From the NCBI GenBank assembly GCA_904063045.1, contig CAJFCJ010000011.1, positions 62,001 through 126,000 of the forward strand: a stretch of DNA of 64,000 nt, read 5' to 3'. The notes below the pieces were generated by a model. It worked only from the letters and a program-made list of their open reading frames with translations, had not been told where the DNA came from and ran no database searches. A program made the translations under genes and the position numbers. Every line of letters begins with the position of its first letter. Position 1 is the first letter of the stretch. Positions 32,061 through 50,100 of the stretch are shown here, piece by piece. Source of the stretch: Dimorphilus gyrociliatus (taxonomy: Eukaryota > Animalia > Annelida).

Positions 32061-35000
32061 CTATTCCAGTTGGTTTGCTTCATTCAAAGATTTAGTGTAT
32101 TCAAGACGGATTTCTCCTAGCGCACTTCGAATTTCATTTACATCAGTCATATTTTTATGCGCCAATTCTCTAATTCGACTTTGAGCATTAAAATCAGCCA
32201 TCTTCAGCTTCTCCTCACTTGTAAGGACACTCACATCCTGAAAGGTAATTGAACTAGAAAAATTTCATGATTTAAATAGTACATACAGCATGATCAGTCT
32301 TCAATATCTGATGATATTCTTTCGCTTTTAAGAGGACTGTCTTTGGCATACTCGAGAGTTCACACATTTGTATTCCTATATGAATGAAAATAGAATACTC
32401 AATTCTTAAGAATGTAAAAACACACCGTAGTCAGTTAGCCTTGTTTTACCCCTCTTCATTTGAAAAGTGTAAACATATTTGACATTACTATCACCGGTTG
32501 TTCTTTCCTGAGTTAGAACATCCATGTAAAAGCTAATTGATAATTATGATTTCCATTAAGTGTCTGTTTGCCTATATTTTAGATTCTTACTTTCCAACAT
32601 TATGATACATCGTTGCCAGTTTAGTCAGACGCAGGTAATGAGTAACTACAAACACAAAAGCCTGAAAAGTTTTTTCTCATTAGTACATTTTATAGCTGTA
32701 AACATGCTAACTTGTCTTGCAATAAGTTCCTCAATCATCGCTTGACAAATCGGATATCCGCTTTCCAACGATGTGCCTAAAAATATCAAATATAAACAGC
32801 TAAAAAAATTAATAAAACATACCTCTTCCTAATTCATCAATTATGATTAAAGAGGACTCTGACATGCTTTGAAGTATGTAATTCATTTCCTTCATCTTTA
32901 AATAAAAAATTGCAAAATTAAGTTCTTATGAATCGTATTAAACAACAATACCTCCAAACAAAATGTTGACGAGTTAGTTTCTAAATTGTCATCTGTGTTA
33001 ACTCTCGAGAATATTTCAGTAACTAGTTTAAATCTAGCACTTTCGGCGGGTACAAATGAACCCATCTGTGCCATAATTTGTAGGAGAACAACTTGGCGAA
33101 GAATTGTTGATTTTCCACTCTGTTTTAAGCGCTTTATAATTTATGAAACGATTTCAATTTTACAAACCATATTTGGTCCTGTAATAATATTGATATTTCC
33201 GCCTTGACAAGCAAACTAAAAATATTTCTCAGAGTCAGACAATTAGTCCCAGACAGTATAAGTACTTACAAAATCATTTGGCACAGGAGGCTCGCACCAT
33301 ATTCTATCAAGTATTGGATGCTTTCCTTTCTGAACCACAAGAGCCTCTCCCAAGATAGGTTTTACTATTTGATACGGTTTAGATATTATTTTGCGTAGTC
33401 TTTTTCTCAAACTCCTTACCATAGTTTGATAAAGCAGCATTCGTTGCGAAGCAGACAAGCATATCCAGGGTAGCAACGCATTCTGATAGTCTATAAAGAC
33501 AATGAACATGTTCCCTCACCTCATTCAAAACTTCATTCATTACTCTTTTAAAAATAATTAGTTGTTAAGTACTATGATTGAATTTTTAAAGCATTAACTA
33601 CATATTAGTCATCCGGTAGACTTCGTGAAGAATAGTTCTAGCCCTGTCTGTTGAGAATCAATTAAAATAGAATTTAATAATAATTGTCTCTACCATTAAA
33701 CTGGATCATTTCTTGAGTTGTAAAGCTTATTACATTTCTAAATCTATTAGCTTTAATAAAAGCTGGCGGTAGTTGTTTTAAAGAAAGACGTTTTTTTGTT
33801 GTGTTTCGAACCTGAAGAATCATCAGTTAATTTCCGATAACCATTTATTCCATTTGTATAAACCTGTAAATGATAACCTCTCACGCCGTTATATCTTAAT
33901 GTTACCCCTAGCCCATGTGTATCTCCAATTTGAACAGCTAATTCTGAAATATTTAAGCATTTAGTGTCAGCTTTTTGTTCACTTGATTTTAACCTGTCAT
34001 TTCGTCAACTATTTCTGTATAGCCCTTACGACAGACATCTAGCATTCCGTTTAGATTGAACTAATTAACATAAAAAATAAATATTCATTGATTTTGAATT
34101 ATTAAGATTGTACATACTTTTACAAGAAAACATTTTTGTACTATTTTGTCCAAAACGTTTTTAGTATAAGTAGTGTCTTCAGAGATGTATTTAGATAAAA
34201 TGTTTCTTATCGCTTGAAAGCCATCGTCTTGTAATCCCTAAATTTTTTAATATATGCATTGATTACTGTTTTATACAAATTTAATCTATTACTTCACGAA
34301 AACAAGAGAGAAGCTGATCGTCCGTTCCTTTCAAAGCTTCACAGATAGGGTCAACTAAATTGAGCATATGTTTCAGACAAATGACATTAGTGATTCTATA
34401 TTCGTAATTTTTTATTGTCTCATATTTAGGAATCTGTAATATTAATAATTATAACAATGGAGTTAACTTTAGGTTCAACACAGAAACCTGAATGCAAAGG
34501 CTTATTAAATGATCAAGATCAACACAACTAGATATTACAGACTTTAATGAATGATAAAGATTTTCATCCGATAGCAAAACTGCAACTGTATCATATCTAC
34601 TCTCAATTGTTCCAGGGTCTGTTGAAGATTGTAATAAAATATAATTATATTGTAGACTTGACTTATACACATTTAGATATGTATATTTAAATAAATTAGA
34701 AATATAAACCGCAAGGAGGCTGTAAGATATTTGCTCGCAGCATTCGCGATCCATTGTATGTTTTTGTTTGATTCAAACAACCATATAAGGTATTTGAACT
34801 TTTAGGATTTCTATTATTTCTTATCAACTCTAAATTTTTGGCAGTCGATGAATCTGTCGAAAGAGAAATTCTTTTTCTAATTTTTCTTAGATTTTGGAAC
34901 CTCAATTGAATAATAAAGATTTACCGATAAGTGTTGCATCTCTAAGGGCCTTATAAACAATTTTCAGTGATCCGGGAGCATAAACACATCTTTGTATATA

Positions 35001-35859
35001 TTCTATATATTTTAGAAGAGCAGCTACTGCTGCTAAGCAATAATATCTGAGCATTTAAATATCTTAATGATAGTATATAAAAGGATATGTAATTCTCTTT
35101 TACTTTGAGGCAATTTCTACTTCTATATTACGGGATTGAGGTAATCCAAGGGTCTTTACATATTCCATTCCTACAAAAATATAATCTGGAAATAATATTC
35201 GATTGTATTACACTCTTAACCTTTCTGGTCATTAAAATATTTTCTCTGAACTGTTGAAATAGAACAAGAAAAATTTTCAGATAACGCCTCGCTAAGATTA
35301 GTTTTTTTTGTGCAATTGAAATGCATAGAATCGGGAAGAATCATCTTTCAGAGAGAAAAAAAATGATTTTTTAATGAAAACTTTGAATTTGAAAAAACTA
35401 CTTCAATTGGGTTAAGAAAATTTAACTTTGCGATAATTTTGGAGTAATTTTGTCCGTCAGTGAATTCAGTTAATGTTAAAACAGATCGTCGAAGGTCAAT
35501 ACTGGCCATTCCAATCTGCCCTCTGGCATTTCCACGTCCTTCAGCGATAGCAACAATCGTACTTGGTTGTTCAATTCCATAAGAACTAGAAGATGCTCGA
35601 CTGGCGGATTGAGGAGTATGTGCGTGTCGCAGGAAAGATGATTCACTCCTTAGGATATATTTCTTCAATGTTTGAGCTTAAAAAATAAAATACTTACCTA
35701 TGTGCAGAATTTGACTTTGTTGATGGTGTTCTAAGTGAACTTCTTGGAGTTTTTGCCTCAAAATTGAAAACTAAAAAGTATATTCTTTAATTAAAAAATA
35801 AATCAAAATGTTGAACAAGATCAATAACCATATTTTGGTTTGTAATTTGCCTTTGACAT
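32061..35859 (-). CDS. MSH4: MutS homolog 4 (meiotic crossover, MutSgamma)
   Basis: IVAIAEGRGNARGQIGMASIDL, YYCLAAVAALLKY, AKNLELIRN, EHVHCLYRLSECVATLDML, QKGKHPIL and Walker A GPNMSGKST. Many short exons. The 5' exon at 35859 (MSKANYKPKY) is less certain. Confidence 0.94.
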
Positions 35860-36360
35860 ATGAGTAAACATATTGCTTGCTGTTAAAGTTAAATTTTGAA
35901 AATATTCTCCGAAAAGTTGCCTCAATTAAATCTATCTTCTTAAAGTTTTGAAGAACTTATCCAATTATACTCCCTCTATTCAAAATTTTATTTTGAATGC
36001 CTTTAAATACAGTTCTGAATCATAAACTTCAATAAAACATTTAATGTTCCAAACTTACTTCAGAATCGTTCTTCGAGTAGGCTTACACGATAAGTTCTTT
36101 GCTTTTTTTAGTGCTCCGTATCGATTTAGTCTATTATCTTCAGACTGGGAGTTAGAAACCTTACTAAATCTAAATGATATCTACCGGTCTGCAGATTGTA
36201 AAATTCTTTAAAAATCATTTCATTGTAATTCTTAAAATGTCAATTTCGTAGAAGTCAGTTATTGTAAAAATTTAAACCCGGCAGTATTGAACACAAAAAA
36301 TCTTCATTTCAAAGTCTTAAAAGTTTACAAATTGCATATATAGTTGAACATAGAAATACA

Positions 36361-38694
<2,334 letters not shown>

Positions 38695-38961
38695 TTTTTG
38701 ATAATTAATGTCTAAAAAATTCTAGAGAGCTGGAGTATACAAATTTTAATTTTCCATTCAAAGGAACTGGAAAAGAGATAATGACAAATTGTTCGTGGAT
38801 CAGGTTGCTCTGTATGTTTAGCCGGCTACTATTAAATACTATTATTTTCGTACAAATTTGAATATTTAAAATTAAACACGGAAATTTAAAGTTATAATTT
38901 TTTTTTAAATTTTGTTTAATTGTTCTGATTATGATTTCAATTTACATACGAAAATATAAAT

Positions 38962-39015
38962 AAAATGGCGTCACTTCCTCCTATGGCGGCTAAATCTGAA
39001 AAATGCGCTGATTGG
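38962..39015 (+). promoter_or_regulatory. Putative SS18 core promoter: YY1-like AAAATGGCG, ETS-like CACTTCC, a second ATGGCGGC, and inverted CCAAT (CTGATTGG)
   Basis: GC-containing motif cluster within an AT-rich 445-bp spacer, ~150 bp upstream of the ATG. Confidence 0.5.
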
Positions 39016-39139
39016 ACAATTGAGTTGAAAGATAGAGTATTTCGTTAAGAGGCTATTCGGGTTTCTTTCTAATTGTAAATAAAATCATTCCCCTCTGTTT
39101 ATTCCCTTTGGTCTTGAAGATCTGTAAGACACAGAAACA

Positions 39140-41915
39140 ATGTCTACTTCAACGTTTGCATCATCAAATCAACGAATGGTCGAACCGCCAACGCAATCTT
39201 CCATACAAAAGGTAAGGAAAATGCCGGATTGTACTTTTAATTACAATGGCCAGATCTGTTGTAGATGCTTGATGAGAACATTCATTTAATTCAAACTATC
39301 ATCGACTATCAAAATAAAGGAAAAACTCAAGACAGCGTACAGTATGTATACGTATAAAAGCGACTATTTCCGTGAATGCAAATGTGACCTCCTTTCAGCT
39401 ACCAGCAAATATTGCATAGAAATCTAGTGTATCTAGCTACAATTGCGGACTCAAATCAGAGTATGCAGAATTTATTAGTACGTATACTGGTATTAAGATT
39501 ACTACCAAATAGTTAATTATGTTTTTTTTTATCTCAGACCCAACCTCCTAATCAAAGGCCTCAAATGAATTCACCCGGTCCTAATATGATGGGAGGTAAG
39601 TTTCATGCCGATTTATCTATAGATAGCGTCAATATTTATATAATTTCTAAAAATAATTGCACAAACTACATGTTAAAACATAAATTAATTAATTATTTAT
39701 CGCAGGACCAACGCAACAACCCGGTGTATCACAAGCACCGAATTACCCTATGCAAAACACACCGTATAGCCAGCCTTCACAGGCACCTTCTGGAGGTAGT
39801 GTTTGCAGATGATTTTGATTCTAGCTAATTGTCGATTTATTTTAGGACCTCCGAATATGATACCCCAATCGAATCAAATGATGCCATCAGGCCCTCAATA
39901 TAATCATCAGTCTCCGCAACAACAGATGAATCAAAATATGCCACAAAATCGGCCGATGCAGAGACCAATGATGAGCAGTTATCAGCGTCCTATGCAAGGT
40001 AGAGCCCTTCATAAATTCAATTACGGTTTATGTTCACCAGTTAAATTGATAAGAGCGTAAAGGATTTGTTTATTTTTTATTAATAAACTAGTCTGGACAG
40101 TCTCGTAAGTTGTAGAAAATTCCCTTTTAAATTAACTTAGGGGTTTTTACCGTTCATAATGAAAGAAATGTACTTTTAAACGCTGGTGAATTAGACCTTA
40201 TTTGTTTCGTTACGTTTATATTTTTATTTGTGTGATACAAATGTACTGTTCGGTAAGGCGGCCAATACGGACAGCAGCAATATGGACAATATCCTCAGCA
40301 GTTTCAAGCTCAAAATTATGGCCAGCCTTATGGTCAAGGTTATAATCAATACATGCAACAGAATCAGAGTCAAATGCCTCAAAATCCAGTTCAGGTGCCA
40401 CCAAATCAGGCACCAATGCAAAACAGTCAAGCTCAATTACAACAAAATCAGAGCCCATTACAACAGAATCACTCCCCAATGCCTAATAATCAACCTCAAA
40501 TACAAACAAGTCAGGCACCTGTTCAGCAGCCGTCCCAATCACAAACACCACAACAGCCGACTCAACCACATCCACCAACATCAGGAATGGGGCAAAGTGT
40601 GGCTCAAAATCAGGCATCACCGGCAAACCAAAATCAGACAGAAGAACAAGCTGATGATCAAAGAGATGAGGGGGAAGATCGTTCATCAATTGATCAGGAG
40701 GAGAGGGAGGAAAGTTCTAAAACAAATGACAATGAGGAACACGCGCAACCCCCAGCTCAACCACAGCCACCACCACCGCCGCCGCCGCCGCCACCACAGC
40801 AGCAGCAACACCAAACACCTCCACAAACCCCTTCTCAACCACAATCTCAGCCTGCTAATCCTCAGCCACCTATAACACCTCATCCGCAGCAGGCCCATCC
40901 ACAAGCGGCTCATCCATCTCCTCATCAGCCACCGCATCAAAATCCACATCAACCACCTCATCAAGCTCAGCATCAGCCACCTCATCAGGGGCCACATCAG
41001 CCGCCACATCAGGCATCTCATCAACCTCCCCATCAGCCTCCGCATCAGCCTCCCCTTCAATCCCCTCATCAGCCGCCTCACCAGACTCCTCACCAACCTC
41101 CCCATCAGCCACCTCATCAACCTCCTCATCAGCCTCCCCATCAGCCTCCTCATCAGCCACCTCATCAACCTGCTCATCAGCCACCTCATCAACCTCCTCA
41201 TCAGCCACCTCACCAACCTCCTCTTCAGCCTCCTCATCAGCCGCCCCATCAACCCCCACACCAACCACCTCATCCACCTCACCAACAGCCACATCAACCC
41301 CCACATCAGTCACCACATCAGCCCCCTCACCAACATCCACATCAGCCCCCTCCCCATTCTCAGCAATCGAAATCTAGCTATCAGCAACCACCACAACCAC
41401 TACCATCACAGCCCCAACAAAATCAGCCACCTCAAAATCAGATGGCTCCGATGCCCCCGCCAGCGTATAATCAGAATATGTCTGCTTATCCAAACCAAAA
41501 TATGTACAATTCACCTCAGAATATGTACGGACAAATGTCTCCAGGTTACCAAGGCTATAATCAGCCTACTTATCCGGGCTATCAGAATCAACGACCTCCA
41601 CCTGTTTCCTCAGGCACGTATCTGATTGTAACGACGTAGAAAACCTGCACTTTTCTTTGACGTTTTTTTCAAATCTAGTTCTTTTTTTCCTAGATTAGCA
41701 TGTCTCATTGTTGTGTCATAGTCTGTGGTTTATTTGATTTCTAGCTTTCCTCTTTTATATGATTTTTTCCATTAACAGGTTATCACCAACAACAACAGTA
41801 TGCTCAATACTCAAACCAACAAAGGTTTCCTGGGTATCCTCCGCAACAGATGCCAAATATGATGCCGCCAGGACAACAAGGACAAATGCCCGGTAATCAG
41901 GGACAAATGCAGTAA
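39140..41915 (+). CDS. SS18: SS18/SS18L1 (CREST)-like BAF subunit: SNH domain plus expanded Q/P/G/Y/H low-complexity region
   Basis: SSIQK|MLDENIHLIQTIIDYQNKGKTQDSVQ|YQQILHRNLVYLATIAD is the SSXT/SNH domain, followed by QPGY-rich exons. The large exon ~40259-41613 contains the PPHQ array. Last exon 41779-41915. Confidence 0.92.
40917..41350 (+). repeat. Coding tandem repeat of ~35 xPHQ tetrapeptides (12-nt unit)
   Basis: Translation of ORF 40353-41639. Synonymous positions vary between units. Confidence 0.95.
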
Positions 41916-42617
41916 TGATAATGTTGAGGTTATAATTTTTTCATTATTGAACTCTAGCGTATACATTTTCAAATTAACTGTATATAAAACTATATGTGCA
42001 TATGTATAACAATATGCATAGAAACGTGTATACTTTTGTAAGTTGCAGAGAACTGTTAACTTATCAAGTATTTGTAGTATAAATGTATATATAAATGCAT
42101 ATATGTATATGTATATGTATATATATATATACAGTATATGTATATGTAAAAAAAAAAAAAGTAAAAGGCACACTGTTATAAGAGTGGCTTCTCTTTTTTA
42201 GAAAATATATTTTATATTGTAACTGTTATTGCTTCTTGAAATGCTTTTTTTAAATAGCATCTCATAACTCTTATCTTTCCCTCAACGTGTTCTTAAATTT
42301 GTTGTAGACATTTTTTTTAATTTATCCGATCTGTTAATGTGCATAATACGTCTATTGTTTAAAAACAAAACGAAAAACAGATATTTCGTCACATTACAAT
42401 TCTTTACTGAAATTTTCAGACTTAGGAAACAATTTCTAAAAAGTTTGGTTGCTTATCTTTTTACTTATATATTCAATATTTTTCCCGTTTCATTGATATT
42501 AATGGCAAAGAAAAGCGGACAAACTTATTTATTAAGTAAACTTATGCTTGTATCATTTTTTTATTTCAATATATATCTGATTGAAGTAATCATGATAATT
42601 TTTTGAAAGAGGCATTT

Positions 42618-43834
42618 TTATAACCTTGATGCCATACCACCAGTTATACAAATGGTTTCTCCCGTTAAATATTTTGAATCATCGGATGCCAAAAATGCTG
42701 CAGTTCCAGCTATATCTTCTGGTTTTCCCACCCTGAAAAATTTCAAATTTCTGGTTATTGTATTGTTTATCTTATATTTCAAATTTACCTTTGCATCGGA
42801 ACACTTTCCAATACTTTTGCTTCTGCTTCGGGATCACTTGTCAACTATAAAGATAATTGATTGTTGATGTAAAAATTAATAAATGAAAGGATTTTTACTT
42901 ACAGCTTGACTAAAATTTGTTTTAATGATTCCAGGAGCAATGCCATTAACTCTTATATTTCTTGAAGCTAATTCAGGGGTTAGCGCCTTAACTAAACCTA
43001 TAAGTGCTGTTTTACTAACACTATACGCTCCCAACAGCTGAAATGGGATATTAATAAAAATGGATAATGTTTGTGTAATATAAATTTTACCGAAAAAGGC
43101 TGATAACCAGCAATAGATGTGACAAACATCACAGAACCACCTCTGAAATATACTAAATATTTATAATTTACATAACTAATCCCCTCTACTTACCCTGCCT
43201 TTTCCATATAAGGTACGGTTTCCTTACATAAGAAGAAAGACGCTTTTACATTCAAGTCCATTATTTTACTCCAAGCCTTATCGTCTGTCTGCAACGCTCC
43301 GAGATTTAAGTAAATTAAACTTTAATATATCAAAACTAAACTTACATTTAACATGGGGCCAAAAACTGGGTTAACTGCAGCATTTGAAACTAGGATATCA
43401 ATGCTACCTTTGATTTTAGCAGCCTGTTTAAAATAATTCATATTTTATTAGGGCATAAGTTCAACTTTATTTATACCTCTTCTATTAACTTTAATCTATG
43501 ATCCTCCTTTCCAACATGGCAAACCAGACCATTAACTAATATTCCTTCTTGTTTAAGACTATTGACAGCCTTGTCCACTTTAGCTTCCGAGCGCGAACTT
43601 ACAACTACATGTGCTCCCTCTTGTCCTAACTGTCGAGCAATTGCAAAGCCAATTCTAGACAATTAAGAAAATAGACCTATGAAAAAAGAATTTTGAATAA
43701 GATCAATCAAAATCCAACCCTTCGGTAGATGCCGTAACTATAGCAACTTTTCCACTAAGCCTTCCTGAACTAGCCATTCTCGAAAAAAGTAGTCGTTTAG
43801 GAATGTTTCGAAACAGAATTGAATGGTTTATCAT
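42618..43834 (-). CDS. DHRS4: Dehydrogenase/reductase SDR family member 4-like (peroxisomal carbonyl reductase)
   Basis: [21 protein letters not shown]|[34 protein letters not shown] (YxxxK) and C-terminal [15 protein letters not shown] (PTS1 SRL). Confidence 0.93.
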
Positions 43835-44066
43835 TACAAGTGAGCTTGGTTCATCGGTCAGTCGTCTGCAGTTTTTGCACCCATACAAATATGGTTTCTG
43901 ACTTAAATAGAATAATAACGTAATATTTTTTCCAAATATTGCGAGGAACAGGTAGCCCTACAGGAGAAACTTTTTTTTTTGTTAGAAAGTAATACATACG
44001 ATATATATTATATTGTAATATAAATTTATTCATTAAGTCTTTCCGTAATAACAGTATTAAGCATTT

Positions 44067-46498
<2,432 letters not shown>

Positions 46499-46817
46499 TG
46501 CCAATCTCGGAAAAACTCTATAAATTTATTTATAATTTTCGAACAATTCTCTCGGCGAACGATAATAAAAAGTAAGCGAAATTGTTTCAAACAAAAGTTA
46601 ACTATGCCTCAATCAATAAAAACTTTTATATTCCAGAAGCTAGTAAAATGGATTGATAATAAATATATATAAGGCCAAATATAGTATATATAATTCTTTG
46701 TACTTTAACTAAACAAAAGTCTAAGCTATATGACAAGGTGGTATTATTATGAAATTAATTCTAGAAACTGGTAATAGTGGAATATATTTTGCTTTAGTAA
46801 CGGAATTCAACGAAAAG

Positions 46818-46826
46818 TCTCGCGAG
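46818..46826. promoter_or_regulatory. TCTCGCGAG palindromic motif in the NDOR1-IQCE divergent spacer
   Basis: Seen directly. It resembles the motif in the CDS-MCU spacer. Confidence 0.3.
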
Positions 46827-47130
46827 TTTTTCGGTTGCTGATGGATGTATATAAACAACAAGCGGCAACTCGCTTCTAGAGCAGAGAAAAATTCGCTATT
46901 CTTGAGAAAATAGCACTTCTTAATTTGAAAACTTTGATCAAAGTTTAAAAAATACTTTTATGAAGGTTGACAATACTTTTTAGTTTTATTGCTTGAATAT
47001 TTAATTAATTTGTAGCCTATTATATTTAATAATTGTTAAGAGAACGCTTGCAAAGCACATTTATCATAAATCGAATATTAAATCTGTCACTAAATCTGGT
47101 CAAATTCAAATACAGATTTAAAAAGAAAGC

Positions 47131-50100
47131 ATGGCAGGACAAGATAGTGAAGAATATTCGGACGAGTTCGAATCTGGAAACGATCAAAGGGTAAGAATAA
47201 CAATTTTTAGGATAAAATAGATATTTTTATCGTTATCTAACACTGAATCATCTAAAATTGTTAATCGAATATGAATTTTCTATTAAAATATAGTAAAAAA
47301 TATATTCAGCAATCTTCAAATTTAACGTTATTCATGACTAATTTGTAATATGAAAACCAACAGCTTACTTATGTTACAGATTATCAATATATGAGTTTGT
47401 TGACAATCCCATATTTGAATACGAGCAATTGCATGCATTTTTCTGATCAAATATACATTTATATACTTATCTAAATTTGCAGTAACAATCATTATCGCAC
47501 GAATTCTGTATAAAAAGTCAATATATATTTTTTAGGCCCTAGTATCACCAACTACTAAGAAGAAAGGGACTAAGAAAAGACCAAAGTCAGCGTCTTCCTC
47601 TCCGTATTCAATAAATTCGTCCAAAGTTGGTAGGAAAAGTGGAAGGAAATCAGCTACTGAAATGTACTTAAACTCTATGCAAACAACAAGTAGAAGAAAT
47701 AAAGCTGCAAATACAAAAAACAAAACAGCAAGTGAATACTGGACGGAAACTTTAAGAAGGTCGGGTCATGGATTATCTGGACAAACTAGAAATGCCGGAT
47801 TTTCGAATTTAGATAAAGGTCTTGCCAATGATATGGCTTATGGAAGTACAAGCCATTATCTTAGGCAAGTTGCAGGATTTGAAAGATCCGCAAATGGTAT
47901 AGAGAAAAATTGTAAGCTAATAGATTTTTTTTATTACTTATTAATAAATAAGGCGTCTCTTTAGCAAAATTAGCTTCAGGAAAGCCTGCATATAAGACTC
48001 CAGAAGAATATTACGATGATATAATAACGCTCAAAAAACAAATTAAAATTCTTACCGAAGAGAATTCTGTCTACAAATCAAGAATGAGAAGATTAGAAGA
48101 GGAAAATGCAAAAAAGGAGAAAGAAATTGATCAATTATTAAATCCGAATAAGAATGATGATATTAGAAGAACACTGGGTGATAGAAAACCAGATTCTGCA
48201 GCTGTTATTTATAGTATGAAACAAAAAGTATTCAAATTAGAGCAACAGTTGAGAGATAGAGAATCAGCCTTAAAGTTTGTCTTATAAATTATTATCTATA
48301 TTATTACTTTATTTGTTATCTTTAAAAAAATAACAATAGCAAAGTTCAAAGTGATTTGAAAACAACGAAAATTGAAGAATTACAAATTCAAGTTAAAGCT
48401 TATTTAGACGAAATCAAACGTCTTCAGACAGTCAAAGCCGTCCCTGTTCGAGTTACAGAGTGAGTAAAAAGTAATAGGAACACATAATAGTTTAATAAAA
48501 CTTTATAATTCCATAGTTCCCCTGTCTCGAGAAACGATTCGAAACAGCTTTCTTGTTTAAAGAAAACTGTTCACAAAATGAACGCCAGTATCTTTAAATT
48601 AAAACAGGAAAATACTGGATTAAAGAGAGATTTAGAAAAATTTCTATCAGGAGAAACAAGCTCCAGGCGTAAAAGAGACAAAAGACGAGGAGGTGCGGAG
48701 AATGATGATATTGTTGAAGGTAAAATTGATTTGTCAGGAACAATGGAACAAAGGCTAGATACATTGGATAATAGAGAAACCGAGCTACTGCAACAAATTA
48801 AAAAACAGCAAGAAACTATAAAGAGGCTGAGGGATGATGTAGCTCATTACAAGGATAAATATACTGATAAATTGTTTGTATTAAACTTAATCGTGTGCTA
48901 TTATTTTATTTATACTATTTTAATATTTGTGAATTTAGTAACGAGTGCAAAGATTTAGCGTTTCGCTTAGAAAGTGATAGTTCTCAGAGAAAATCACCTG
49001 GCCGTCCATCCAGTGCTCGTACTCCTAGGAATCAATCACCGAAAGTTTCCAGCAGATCCAGCAGGCCTATTAGGTTTGTATGCTTATTATCAAGAACGAA
49101 TGTGCTTACTTAAACGCAATTTAAAATACATTAGTGGCAGACGCCCAAGTTCAGCTTCTAGTAGGAGAAGCGATAGTGAAGAAGATAGGGTGATGAGAAT
49201 GAGGAAAAAACGAGCGGCAAGAGTAATAGAGAACAAATACATTGATTATAGAAGAGGAAAGAAGAGAAGAGAAGCAGAAGATGAGGTTATTATAGTTATT
49301 TAAAAATAATTATTATTAGTTAATTAGTTAATTACCTACCAAGTTGGTTTAAGTTTCAATTTATATATCATAAGAGCATTTACAAATCTATTTTAACGGC
49401 AATATGTCGATTTCATTTAAAGATCAAAGTCAAAAAAAAAGAACCTCTTTAATCATTCTAATTCTGAAACTTTTTGGTTTTTGAGGTCTTTAAATCGCTT
49501 TATTCACTTTATATATTTTTAATAACCTACATTACTTTACTATAGTTAAATATCTAGTTGTTTTTTGTTATTACTTGTAAACATTTTGCAATTTATGTTA
49601 ATTTAACAACTATCAAAATAATAATAAATAAAGAGTTTGTCAACTCTTTAGTATGAGAGAAGAATAGAGGAACTAACTCAGCATAATAGTGCAAAAAGGA
49701 TTCAAAGGAATTGGCGTAATCGTAATGATAACGATCACGTAAGGAATAGAAAAAAAAGAATATATAAAAAAAATGATAAACAAAATGGCGAATAAATATA
49801 CTATAATGCTTTTTTCTATGCTTTGTTTTTATATTTAGTATGCTTTTATAGCTTTTTGCATTCTAATAACTTTTAAAGTTTCTCTACAGTTCTCTTTGCA
49901 TATTTCCTCTTGAGAATTTGACAGCATCTTCTGTGTTTAGAATATTTATGTTCGAATATTGTTTGTACTAATTAAATTACTTTATATTAGGCTGCTGAAG
50001 TACTTCAATCGACCATGAGGGGACACCTACTGAGAAGGCAACAGATGAAAAAACAACATAGATATAGCTATAGCGATGATGATGATGTCGATGATGACGA

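Noticed and set aside
35081-35088. ATATCCTT (U12 AT-AC donor-like) inside an MSH4 intron
   Set aside because: Using it would extend the exon through an in-frame AAG TAA stop. The canonical 57-nt GT-AG intron 35103-35047 already restores ASK|YYCLAA.
40686-41340. Long minus-strand ORFs (MRWL-repeat 206 aa; DEV/ADE-repeat 156 aa) and the + strand 215-aa ORF at 40228
   Set aside because: These are antisense or alternate-frame shadows of the stop-poor PPHQ/QN-rich SS18 exon, with no independent evidence.
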